Assembly (NCBI GenBank): GCA_046758445.1
Contig: JBHIAE010000023.1
Span: 1 to 48,355, forward strand
DNA from: Candidatus Thorarchaeota archaeon
GTDB lineage: Archaea; Asgardarchaeota; Thorarchaeia; Thorarchaeales; Thorarchaeaceae
DNA: 48,355 nt
Direction of reading: 5' to 3'
Every line of letters starts with the position of its first letter. The first letter of the stretch is position 1. The position numbers and the translations under genes were made by a program. Below are positions 8,997 to 18,237 of this stretch, piece after piece. Below the pieces are notes generated by a model. The model did no database searches, had not been told where the DNA came from, and saw nothing but the letters and a program-made list of their open reading frames with translations.

Positions 8997-9284
8997 TCAT
9001 GAACGTCTGATGCCGACAAGGGCAAGGAATGCAGCCGGCTCGCTCCCCTCAGTGATTGGTCTTATTCTGTACTTTGGGTACTTGTGACTCAGCCTGGCAG
9101 CCACTCGTGTTCCCATCAGCTTTTTGAAGAGCTGTGCTTTTGCCCCTCTCCAGAGATAGACTGTCTTCTCATCGTGGTCTATGAATACCAAGACCTTCTC
9201 AGAGGCTATGACAGCAGCGCCGGCTTCAGTCTCTGTCATTTTGGCTTCTGAGTCTATCTCAAAGGCTTCTACCATTTCTAACAC
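8997..9284 (-). CDS. Single-domain gelsolin-family protein (Asgard ProGel/1DGel-like)
   Basis: VLVFID..TVYLWRGAKA..K..G..VA..L..ITEGSEPAAFLAL matches the gelsolin repeat signature (WxG, EGxEPxxF). Confidence 0.88.
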   Translation of the reverse strand: MLEMVEAFEIDSEAKMTETEAGAAVIASEKVLVFIDHDEKTVYLWRGAKAQLFKKLMGTRVAARLSHKYPKYRIRPITEGSEPAAFLALVGIRRS

Positions 9285-9466
9285 ACCTTCATGAGTCTTC
9301 GTTCAAAGATGCAGACTCTCTTATGATACTTTTCCAAAGGAATGCACCGCTATTATCAGCTGTGTGTGCGTGATGCTGAGCCATCGTTCGCTAGGCTGAA
9401 CCTGAGTTGGTCCCACTTAACTACAAAAGGCCATTGTTCTAAGACGGTGGAGGACGTGAAGTACAT

Positions 9467-10192
9467 TTGGCCGATGACATTCCTTCAAGTGTCAAGTTCA
9501 TTGACCGGGAGCGACGCAGGATAGAACTGGTGATAAACGACGTCACGCTGTCATTCCCACTAAATGCGATTCCCGATCCACTCTACCTAGCAATGGCCAC
9601 AGTGTATGATGGGGACGAGGATCCCAACTGTAAGCTCTTGAAGGCCTATTATGATACTGTCTTGCAACCAACTGTATGCACGTCTGACCCAGCAAGTATC
9701 TTTCATTCAGCCACCGCGATCAAGACGACCCATCTGACGCTAACCGACGAGGAGATCGAGAACCAGATTGAAGACATTGAGGGGGAGTTTCTGTCATTTC
9801 AAGGACGTTCCTACGAGGACACTCTTGCGGAGAGGATCGAACTATATCGGAGAATCTACCTTGACGACTCCAAGATAGACCGATTCAGACTCGGAGCGGC
9901 AGAATTGTATGGGGACGTCACATACGGGAACATCCGACGAGACCCCCGTGTAGTAATCAATTTCCAGTGGCACAATCCCCGAAAAGACGAGCACAGAGCC
10001 TATCAGGTCAACAGTATTGTAGAGATTGTGTTCCCTGGAGATCCATTTTACAGGTTTATGAGATCCATGCGGTCACTATTCGTCCGCCGTTTCATCGACT
10101 TGCGGGCTTCTGAGTATCTGTGTGCCTACAAGTTCCACGTGTGTGAAACAAAGGACAAGAGCTTATCAGCTCGGCTAGGTTTCGTTCCATGA
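9467..10192 (+). CDS. Putative FMN-binding split-barrel (PNPOx-like) protein
   Basis: TYGNIRRDPRVVINF..AYQVNSIVEIV resembles archaeal PNPOx-like proteins. Confidence 0.55.
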   Translation: MADDIPSSVKFIDRERRRIELVINDVTLSFPLNAIPDPLYLAMATVYDGDEDPNCKLLKAYYDTVLQPTVCTSDPASIFHSATAIKTTHLTLTDEEIENQIEDIEGEFLSFQGRSYEDTLAERIELYRRIYLDDSKIDRFRLGAAELYGDVTYGNIRRDPRVVINFQWHNPRKDEHRAYQVNSIVEIVFPGDPFYRFMRSMRSLFVRRFIDLRASEYLCAYKFHVCETKDKSLSARLGFVP

Positions 10193-10193
10193 C

Positions 10194-12719
10194 CTAGTAG
10201 TCCGTCAGTTTCAGAAGCTTCTCAGGCAACTCCTCTACATCTCCTATGTCCAAGACAACTCCATGAGACTTCTTGGCAAGACTGTCTGCCGCCCTTACGT
10301 CATACGATTCCTTTGGTACAAGGATGATGAGTTTGATCTCATGGTGTTTCATCTTCTCTGCCAGCCTTTCACACTCTCTCTGGTCACTAAGAAATGCGTC
10401 TGTGGCGAAGATGCAGATTCGTTCCTTCGCCCTTGTCTGCTCGAAATTCTCCAGAGCCCACTGGAGTGATACACGGCCTCCTGTTCCACCACCTGCTCGA
10501 ACGTCCAGTAGATCAGACGCGACCTTTTCGACGGACGCCGACTTCTCGTCGACGCGCTTCACAATGTGGCTCACACTGTCGAAGAGGATAACTCCAAAAT
10601 CATCCTTCTGAACTCCGTATAGACCAGCCATGACCGAAATGCTGAGCATCCCTAGCTTGTTTGGAGAGTCCATGGACCCTGATTTGTCAAGAGCCCAGAC
10701 GAACGCACGGTGACCTTGATAGGTTTCACAGATGAGGAAGTCATCCACATTAAGTACGTTGAAGTCAACCCTGCCTTGTGAGAGCAATGAGTCAATGGTT
10801 TCCTCTAAGTCAATCAGATCGATATCATCACCAATCCTGAATGGCCTCACAGCCGTAGATTGCTGAATTCCTCCCAGCATTGACGACCCCATGGTAGCTC
10901 TTGCATACCTCTTTCCAAGGTCAATCAGCAGTCTCTTGGCTATATCTCGAAGTTTCTCCTTGATGTCCTCAGGTAATGCGTCTCTATACGCGTACCAAAT
11001 CTTCACAATGTTTGTGGCAGGTCCAACTAGAAGCCCTCCGAAGACCAAGTCAGTACGGCTGTCGTCAGTCGTTCCAGCACCAGCAGCCGGGGAACTGTAT
11101 GCATATTGTCTGCGTCCAGACCGCGAGTCAATTCCTAGAGCGGCCCCAAGGTTCTCATGAGCTATGGCCCCAAGTGCCGATTGATTCTCCATGTTTGTCG
11201 CTAGGTTTCCCAGTTCCCTCAACTGCTTGGTCGTAAGTTTCGCTGACGATATCAGATTGTGTAGTCTCTCAAAGTCCTCGACACCTGACTCAATCAGTGC
11301 TTTCGCAACTCTATAGGAGGGATTGAGCAACTCCAGAATCTCATCTTCTGACATTCCAAGGCTTTCGCCCGCCTTACATATTCCCTCTATCGACGGCACA
11401 ACATCCTGTCTTGAAAGCTCCCTGACAGTTTCCCTTAGATGTGACTTTGTGGCAGACCTAGCTATTGCCGCATCCGCCAGCTTCTGCTTTGCCTTCTCCC
11501 AACTACTTCTGGGAACTCCATCAGCAACTGCATCATCTAACGCCGACAGGCTTCTTATCATCTGTTTCAAGTAGTCAGCTGGAGAGGACCTTGCATCCGC
11601 GTCATGCACAGTATTCTGGGTCTTCTTCTCCAACAGACTCTTCCAACTGTCTGAATCACGCGACGTATCAGCGAGCTGACGGAAGTCCACGTTGGAAGAT
11701 GCTCCTTCGTCATACTGTCTGTCGTACTCGCTTAACAAGTCATCTAAGAGGTTCTTCTCTGTATGTTGTTGTATTCTCTCCGAAAACTCAGCGGCGTCTC
11801 CCAATTGATAGTGCCGCGCAGCATTCTGAATGTGGTTCCTGATGTGTTTGGGGAGCCTGTCGAGATGTCCTGCATAGTCTGACAAGTCCGCAAGATTTCT
11901 GAGGGCATCCTGAAGCATCTTGTCCATTAGTTCTCTCTGAGCCTTCTTCAGAGCCTTGATGTCCTCAATATGGCGAAGGGCCCGAGATGCTGTCGCAGGG
12001 TCTCTGCTGGCAAGCTGTTTGAAGTCACCCTCGATTCCCTCATCACTTCTTAGCCCACGTGCGGCAAGGCTTTCCGCTGCATTTGGAGAGTTGCAGATCT
12101 GGTCAAGAACTCCCAAGGTCCTAGCATTCTGGATGTCACGCGAGGATAGGCTTCCCATATCCTCAATCAATTCTGACGAGGTCTCCAGTTTCAGCTCTCT
12201 GTTGTTAGTGAGACCTCGAAAGACGATATCCCCGTCCGTCAAATAGTCAGTAGCTGCATTGTAGAGCCTCTTGTCTTTCCGGGCTCGAAGCTTCTGCAGG
12301 TACTCGTACCCCGCCTGTACCTTCTTCCTGACAATCTTGCTAGCTAGTTCTTGTTCACGACGAATCTGGTCCATAACGGCCTGTAGTGCTGCGGTTTCGG
12401 GTTTGACGTCTTTCGCGGGCAGGGGCTGCTCCTTCTTGATTTCCCTTTCCTTATCCCTTCCTAGCACTATGTCTTCAGCGATTGTCCTTGCGAGCTCCTG
12501 ATCACTAGGATACGTAGTTCTGACAGCGGCATCAACAAAGTCGTCCAGAGTCAGATGGCCATTCCTGAAGTAACGGGCTGATAGAAGTTGTGGGATGGCC
12601 TGGGTCTGTCGAACACTTGGTTTTACACGTATCTCAGTCTGCGCCCTCATTCTCTTCACAAATTCGTGAGCGAAGTGGACTGTGTTGCTTGGCTGTGGAC
12701 TGATCCTTGGAGCAGCCAT
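10194..12719 (-). CDS. VWA-domain protein (CoxE/ViaA-like) with N-terminal AAA-lid-like segment
   Basis: MIDAS LDKSGSM, GGGT, ATDA; RPFRIGDDIDLIDLEETI pre-VWA motif. Confidence 0.88.
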   Translation of the reverse strand: MAAPRISPQPSNTVHFAHEFVKRMRAQTEIRVKPSVRQTQAIPQLLSARYFRNGHLTLDDFVDAAVRTTYPSDQELARTIAEDIVLGRDKEREIKKEQPLPAKDVKPETAALQAVMDQIRREQELASKIVRKKVQAGYEYLQKLRARKDKRLYNAATDYLTDGDIVFRGLTNNRELKLETSSELIEDMGSLSSRDIQNARTLGVLDQICNSPNAAESLAARGLRSDEGIEGDFKQLASRDPATASRALRHIEDIKALKKAQRELMDKMLQDALRNLADLSDYAGHLDRLPKHIRNHIQNAARHYQLGDAAEFSERIQQHTEKNLLDDLLSEYDRQYDEGASSNVDFRQLADTSRDSDSWKSLLEKKTQNTVHDADARSSPADYLKQMIRSLSALDDAVADGVPRSSWEKAKQKLADAAIARSATKSHLRETVRELSRQDVVPSIEGICKAGESLGMSEDEILELLNPSYRVAKALIESGVEDFERLHNLISSAKLTTKQLRELGNLATNMENQSALGAIAHENLGAALGIDSRSGRRQYAYSSPAAGAGTTDDSRTDLVFGGLLVGPATNIVKIWYAYRDALPEDIKEKLRDIAKRLLIDLGKRYARATMGSSMLGGIQQSTAVRPFRIGDDIDLIDLEETIDSLLSQGRVDFNVLNVDDFLICETYQGHRAFVWALDKSGSMDSPNKLGMLSISVMAGLYGVQKDDFGVILFDSVSHIVKRVDEKSASVEKVASDLLDVRAGGGTGGRVSLQWALENFEQTRAKERICIFATDAFLSDQRECERLAEKMKHHEIKLIILVPKESYDVRAADSLAKKSHGVVLDIGDVEELPEKLLKLTDY

Positions 12720-12725
12720 CTCAAA

Positions 12726-13640
12726 CTAACTCCCGCCAGAGCCAAGCGCCCGTCTTACCAGGGCGTTGACAGCAGGCTCAGGGTCAATGCCGGGCCTGAA
12801 TCGGAGAGCGCCTGTGAGAACATACGTTGCGGCTTTGGACAGTAACGAGTGGGTGACGTCTTTCTCGCCTTCGCGTTTTGTGATCTCTGAAGACAATCTT
12901 GCGATGGAAATCCCAGCTCGGATTGAGGCCGGAATCTCAATATCCGTGCTCACTCTTGTAGCTGATACCAGACTGTAGATGCTCTCTAGTGTCTTGTCAG
13001 AGAGTCTGTATTCTGGACAATTCATCTTCACTATCTCAATCTCTGTGGCCTTTCTGGGGTACCCAAGTCGAATCCAAACTCGGATGCGGTCTCTCAAGGC
13101 CTCACTGAGGCGATGGGCTCCGCTCATCTCGGCTGGATTGAGTGTCAATACGGGGAAGAAATCATCACATGCCTTTATTCTGCCTAGTCTTGGAACAGTT
13201 GCACTCCATTCCTCAAATGGCTCCAGAAGGCTGTTCTGAACGTATTCAGCAAGTCGGTTGGCTTCATTCAGGCCAAATACACCCCCCAGAATCATCGACT
13301 TCAGTAGTGGGCCTGGGTCAAATGACTCAAGTGTGAAGCCCTTGCTGAGGACCAGACTCGGGTTGAAGGAGCCAATCAAATGTGCCGGTCGAACACCCTC
13401 ATCCCCGGTCAGCCACTCGAAGTCTCGACCACTCTTCTCGGCGTACGCTCTGAGCAGGAGTGTCTTTCCAACCCCTGGGGGTCCGATTAAGCCAGGGATC
13501 AGACCTGAGTTCTCACAGTCCTCAAGGATGTCAAATGCCTCTTTGTATTGCTCTTTGATAACAATCCGGACTTTCTCTTTCTTGGCGGCCTTCAGCCGCT
13601 CGTCGAACTTGTCTGAGAATTCTTTTACTCTCGTTTGCAT
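12726..13640 (-). CDS. MoxR-family AAA+ ATPase
   Basis: GPPGVGKT, LNEANR, QNSLLEPFEE, LSEALRDR, LGYP, SIR sensor-2. Confidence 0.92.
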   Translation of the reverse strand: MQTRVKEFSDKFDERLKAAKKEKVRIVIKEQYKEAFDILEDCENSGLIPGLIGPPGVGKTLLLRAYAEKSGRDFEWLTGDEGVRPAHLIGSFNPSLVLSKGFTLESFDPGPLLKSMILGGVFGLNEANRLAEYVQNSLLEPFEEWSATVPRLGRIKACDDFFPVLTLNPAEMSGAHRLSEALRDRIRVWIRLGYPRKATEIEIVKMNCPEYRLSDKTLESIYSLVSATRVSTDIEIPASIRAGISIARLSSEITKREGEKDVTHSLLSKAATYVLTGALRFRPGIDPEPAVNALVRRALGSGGS

Positions 13641-13764
13641 CCACTTGCCCCCACATCTCTAATTCGTAGTTGAGTGCTACATTAAAGTACCTCGACTGTG
13701 AGCATGCACGGAGCGCCTTCAACAGTGTATCCTTGACGCGTGTCACAAAAAGATTGGGGTCTCT

Positions 13765-14754
13765 CTAGTCCTCTAGGAGCACATCTCCGGTTACGAACGT
13801 TGTAGGTTGTCCCCCTGTGTGCCAGAACAGAGTCGGCGTTTCTGATGACAGCTCGCCAGCCAGTGCCATGCGAAGCAGTGCGAGTCCTGCCTTTCCTGTG
13901 TAGACTGGGTCCAACACAACTCCTTCCATCTTAGCGAACATTTGAATCGCGCTACGTACTCCGTCGTCAAGTATTCCGTAACCCTGGCCCACAAACCGAT
14001 CATCCACAATCACTTTTGGTTCGAAGGAGTCCAACAGGTCGGGGTAATCATGCAAGGTCCGAGAAACCATCTCGCGAACCCTCTTCTCAGTCGTTTGGGC
14101 GTTGTGCAAAACTGTTACACCCACGACATCAAGGTCTAGCTCTGCAACCTTTGTTCCTATCAGCATTCCCGCCAGAGTACCACCAGTACCTATTGCAACG
14201 ATTATCCGTTCAGGAGTGAATCCACTGGCCTCACACTGCTCCTTGAGTTCCACCATAGCATTGATGTATCCAAGAGATCCCACGGGCATGAAGGCACCTG
14301 TAGGGATGCCGTAGGGCTGAAGTCCAAGCTCCTGCAAGGTTTCCATGACTGAGCTCAAGCGGTCATTGAGGTCCATCAAGCTGTCATCCGGAAAGAATTT
14401 GATCTCAGCACCAAAGAGCCGGTTCAGAAGAAGATTGCCAGTATAATCCTGAGGCTCCTCACCTGCCAGCAACAGTATGCATCTGAGCCCCTCGCGTGCA
14501 GCTACAGCCGCAGTCTGTCTGCAATGATTGCTCTGCACGGCACCAACAGTGACAAGTGTGTCTGCTCCTTTGTCCTTTGCATCACCAACTACATACTCAA
14601 GCTTACGAGTCTTGTTGCCTCCAAACGAAATCCCGGTCAAGTCATCTCTCTTTATCCATAGCTCTCTCAAATCAAGAGAGTCACCAAGGTTCTTCATTTG
14701 TTGAAGTGGAGTAGGCAAGTGAGCCAGTCGAATCCTCGGCAGGATGTCAAGCAT
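13765..14754 (-). CDS. dcyD: D-cysteine desulfhydrase/ACC deaminase family PLP enzyme
   Basis: IKRDDLTG..GGNKTRKLEY, QSNH, LDPVYTGKA, FWHTGG. Confidence 0.9.
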   Translation of the reverse strand: MLDILPRIRLAHLPTPLQQMKNLGDSLDLRELWIKRDDLTGISFGGNKTRKLEYVVGDAKDKGADTLVTVGAVQSNHCRQTAAVAAREGLRCILLLAGEEPQDYTGNLLLNRLFGAEIKFFPDDSLMDLNDRLSSVMETLQELGLQPYGIPTGAFMPVGSLGYINAMVELKEQCEASGFTPERIIVAIGTGGTLAGMLIGTKVAELDLDVVGVTVLHNAQTTEKRVREMVSRTLHDYPDLLDSFEPKVIVDDRFVGQGYGILDDGVRSAIQMFAKMEGVVLDPVYTGKAGLALLRMALAGELSSETPTLFWHTGGQPTTFVTGDVLLED

Positions 14755-14757
14755 GTT

Positions 14758-15435
14758 CTATCCCCCGGCCCCAGTGAGAAATGAAATGAAGTACATCAGT
14801 ATCGCTGTCACGATGCCAGCGAGCAGTGTCTTTGCTCCATATCTCCACATGCTCTTCCTGGAAACTCTCCCGAGGAACAACCCCAAGAGGAACAATAGAG
14901 CCATGCAGACGAGAATGGCCGTGTAGAATGCGGTATAGACGTCAATCAAACCAACAGGAACAAGCATCAATGGGATAATGATCACCAAGGCGGCCCCGGC
15001 AGGTGCAAGACCATCAACGATTGCCACGACCGCCGATGTTGTCCGTGTGGCCTTTGCGTACATGGAATCGCTCATGTCAGTGAGCATGGCCCGTCCCATC
15101 TCTTCGACTTCACGATCCCGTTCAGCACTCTCTGCTAGGTAGGACCCACTGAAACCTGAAACTGCCATCGCGATACTTGTCCCGACAGCCGCAAGCAGGA
15201 GTGCATTGAAAACTATCTCGGGCTGCGCAGGGTCAATAGTAATCAGCCCTCCGAGTACTAGGCCCAACATTGTCAGTGCGCCGTCAAAAGCGTTCATAGC
15301 CAAATAGCGACGAGCAATCTCAACACCCTGAGTTAGCTCTAGTGCCCTCATTGTTCGTTCGATAAATCCACGTTCATCGTCAGGGAGTGTTACTTCTTGG
15401 CGATCTGGTTGTTGGTCATCCTCTGGTTCGGTCAC
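14758..15435 (-). CDS. VIT1/CCC1 family transporter
   Basis: RRYLAMNAFDGALT, SGFSGSYLAESAER. GTG at 15435 preferred over 15555. Confidence 0.85.
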   Translation of the reverse strand: MTEPEDDQQPDRQEVTLPDDERGFIERTMRALELTQGVEIARRYLAMNAFDGALTMLGLVLGGLITIDPAQPEIVFNALLLAAVGTSIAMAVSGFSGSYLAESAERDREVEEMGRAMLTDMSDSMYAKATRTTSAVVAIVDGLAPAGAALVIIIPLMLVPVGLIDVYTAFYTAILVCMALLFLLGLFLGRVSRKSMWRYGAKTLLAGIVTAILMYFISFLTGAGG

Positions 15436-15527
15436 GCAATCCGATACTCCGTGAATGATGTCCTCGGTACTCGCACTGTTCGCAGGATATAAGCTATGCG
15501 GAACTAGAAAACAGCTGAAGCGACCGA

Positions 15528-15543
15528 AAGCGGCCGGCCGCTT
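15528..15543. repeat. Perfect 16-bp GC-rich palindrome
   Basis: AAGCGGCCGGCCGCTT in the intergenic region; possible terminator or protein-binding site. Confidence 0.5.
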
Positions 15544-15571
15544 CGAAGCATGCATCCAATGCGCTGTGATT

Positions 15572-15745
15572 CTAGAATAGCAGAATCACTCCAGTAAAGA
15601 CCAGAATAAGGATGAACAAGATGAAGATCAGTATGACAGCGCAAATCGCCTGAATGCTGCACGTGCAGCACTGTTCACAGAAGCCCTTTCTCTCTTCTCT
15701 TCTTGGAGGTTCACCATAATCCTCGGGCATTGGTATCTCAGTCAT
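15572..15745 (-). CDS. Small Cys-rich tail-anchored membrane protein
   Basis: MTEIPMPEDYGEPPRREERKGFCEQCCTCSIQAIC followed by one long hydrophobic C-terminal helix. Confidence 0.55.
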   Translation of the reverse strand: MTEIPMPEDYGEPPRREERKGFCEQCCTCSIQAICAVILIFILFILILVFTGVILLF

Positions 15746-15938
15746 TCGCATCACACATTCAATACTGATGTGCTTCACTAGAAGCCTACCCCGAAACTGG
15801 GTTTATCCCTCTTATGAGGATATCGGGCTTGTCCTCCAAATGCCAACAATGCTGACCCGTAAAGGTGAAAAGCGCCGAATTGACTGTCCATCGCGTATCA
15901 ATAGGAATGCCAAAGTGCACGCTCAGAGGTTCGGAGCA

Positions 15939-17378
15939 TTGTCAGAGAACAATCAAATCGACACAATCTTTGACAGGCCTGTTGGCCTGAGACTAATCGG
16001 CCTTACCCAGATGGCCTTTGGGATATTTGGTCTTCTCGCCGCGATTGGTGTTCTGATTGCCTCCTTTGTAGGCGACCCCACTTTCACTGCAGTAGGTCCA
16101 TTCTACGCACTGGTGATATTCGTAGGAGTTGCACTGCCCTGTCTCATCATCGGCAACTACGTTGATGACCTTCGAAGAAACGCTGTCATTGCTCAGATGA
16201 TATACAGTGCAGTCGCTATTGGACTTACGACGCTGTTTCTGTACAATTGGGGAGTGGGCTATCACTGGACTATTCCTTGGCTTGATTTGAGCTTTGACAT
16301 TGCGATAGGCAATCTTGCTGTGTTCGTCTTGGCAACTCAATCAGTTTTCCTTGTCTATCTGATTGTGAGATGGGGGAAGGTCGCTCCTCCTCCTGGGACG
16401 GTAATTGTGCGAGACCGGCGCAGGGCTCGACTGATTGAGAGAGGTCTCTATCCGAGTCCTTTGACCCCCTCGTTGCTAGCACCTGACGGAGAGCATGAGC
16501 TCTCCCCAGAGGAAACCAAAAGGATCCTTGAAGTCAGAAGAGTCACCACAGATGAAGGAATGGCAATCCTTTGCTCCAACTGTGGTGGTGCAACTCCACT
16601 AACAAAGATAGAAGACAACAACACGATACACTGTGATTTCTGTGGTGTTACACTCGCGGTGAGTAGTGTCTTTGTGCCCTGTGAGAACCATCCAGAGTAT
16701 CTTGCAGCCACGAGCTGCGCTGTGTGCGGCGACCACTACTGCAGAAGATGTCTCACTTCTCAGGATCCTCCTGTGGATGAGAGATGGAAAGGTTCCAGTG
16801 TTTATCTCTGCCGCAAGTGTTTCGAAGGTAGGTACAGGCCGGCTGTCACAACAACGTCTTTGGTGCTTCCGATCGAAGATCTCTTTGGACAAGCGGGAGG
16901 CCGTTTCTCCAGAGTTGGACGTATCTATCGTCGCTTCATTGGTGCGTATGGCAATTCAATGGGATACGTGTTCAGAGCCTCCTTGGAGCTGGCGGGCGCA
17001 TTCGCAAAGGGCGGCGGTCAGGGTGGAGGAGACAACGCCGCAGGCATAATCATCGTTATTATCATTGCTATCATAGCCATACCAATACTTGTTGGAGTCC
17101 TCATGCTCCTTGGAGCAATCGTGATAATCCCAATTCTATTCTACGCCGGATTGGTGGGAGTCACCATAGAGGCCGTTCGAATAATCAGACGGACCGACTT
17201 CATTTCCCTTGAACTGGCCCGGGAGAAGGGCATTCTTGAGGGCCGCCGAGTAGAGGCGAAGGATTCTGTTGTGCGAGAGGAAGCCAGGCCCTGGGAAGAG
17301 AAGGTCAGGCGACGAAAGCCGACAGAAGAAGAGCGAGCAAGATGGCGAGATATGCAACAACAATGGAGTAGATGGTAG
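15939..17378 (+). CDS. Membrane protein with Zn-ribbon and B-box-type zinc finger
   Basis: N-terminal TMs; CSNC..CDFC; CENH..CAVC..CRRC..CRKC; Gly-rich linker and TM hairpin. TTG at 15939 after GGAG preferred over 15768. Confidence 0.8.
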   Translation: MSENNQIDTIFDRPVGLRLIGLTQMAFGIFGLLAAIGVLIASFVGDPTFTAVGPFYALVIFVGVALPCLIIGNYVDDLRRNAVIAQMIYSAVAIGLTTLFLYNWGVGYHWTIPWLDLSFDIAIGNLAVFVLATQSVFLVYLIVRWGKVAPPPGTVIVRDRRRARLIERGLYPSPLTPSLLAPDGEHELSPEETKRILEVRRVTTDEGMAILCSNCGGATPLTKIEDNNTIHCDFCGVTLAVSSVFVPCENHPEYLAATSCAVCGDHYCRRCLTSQDPPVDERWKGSSVYLCRKCFEGRYRPAVTTTSLVLPIEDLFGQAGGRFSRVGRIYRRFIGAYGNSMGYVFRASLELAGAFAKGGGQGGGDNAAGIIIVIIIAIIAIPILVGVLMLLGAIVIIPILFYAGLVGVTIEAVRIIRRTDFISLELAREKGILEGRRVEAKDSVVREEARPWEEKVRRRKPTEEERARWRDMQQQWSRW

Positions 17379-18202
17379 TGGCTTCTAGCGCTGAACACGT
17401 ACTCTGTCCAGTCTGTGGAGGCCACGTCTTGGTTGAACACTCAGACAAGGTCAACCGCTGCGAATACTGTGCCAGTCCTGTTTTGGGTCCCAGTCAAGGT
17501 CGAAACTGCATTAACCACTCAGGAACCCTAGCAAAAGCATCGTGCCACGTATGTGGTGACCTCATTTGCGAGGATTGCATGCAAGTTCGAATCGGTGACT
17601 ATGGGGGGAAGCTCTTCACTGTAGTTCACTGCGAGAAGCCCGAATGTAAGGTGGAGAGTGAGTGGGCTAAACCACTGAATCGTGAGTTCCAGAAGCTGAC
17701 CAACTTCGACTGGTCTGACAGGTCGGACAACATCATTCTCAGAGTCACAGGTCTAGGAGCCATTCTGATGATGCTCTTTGAGCTCTTTTTTATCATAACG
17801 ATGATTTGGGCACAATACTTCACCCCTTGGGGAAGAGCTGACCCGTCACCCATTCAATTCATGTTTCTTCGTGGAGACCTCACTGTGATCCTGAGTATTC
17901 TTGGAAACGTGATGTCGGCAATAATCTTGCAGACATCTCTTCAGGTCTACGTGCATGATAGACAGCTGGCCTCTGGAGCGTTTCTGCTGGTCTTTCTCAT
18001 GGTGGAGGTAGTCTTCTTGCTGTTTAGAGGACTCTTCTTCAACTTGCTGTCGTTCCCAGAGCCCTGGTTGGTCCCATTCTTGCTCATTTCATTCGGAGTA
18101 GCCACACTATTGATCTTCTCCGGATCCCTTGCAGCCACAGTAGTGGGCATGAAGAAGCGCGGCCAAGTTGAAGATGCCAAGATACGACTCGGTCTCAAAT
18201 GA
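17372..18202 (+). CDS. Zn-ribbon/B-box membrane protein
   Basis: CPVC..CEYC; CINH..CHVC..CEDC..C..C; four C-terminal TMs; overlaps the upstream stop. Confidence 0.8.
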   Translation: MVVASSAEHVLCPVCGGHVLVEHSDKVNRCEYCASPVLGPSQGRNCINHSGTLAKASCHVCGDLICEDCMQVRIGDYGGKLFTVVHCEKPECKVESEWAKPLNREFQKLTNFDWSDRSDNIILRVTGLGAILMMLFELFFIITMIWAQYFTPWGRADPSPIQFMFLRGDLTVILSILGNVMSAIILQTSLQVYVHDRQLASGAFLLVFLMVEVVFLLFRGLFFNLLSFPEPWLVPFLLISFGVATLLIFSGSLAATVVGMKKRGQVEDAKIRLGLK

Positions 18203-18224
18203 GTGCCATTTGACAGATGGCACT
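18202..18224. terminator. Hairpin between convergent genes
   Basis: AGTGCCAT-TTGACAG-ATGGCACT perfect 8-bp stem. Confidence 0.55.
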
Positions 18225-18237
18225 TGCTTTCCCGTAG

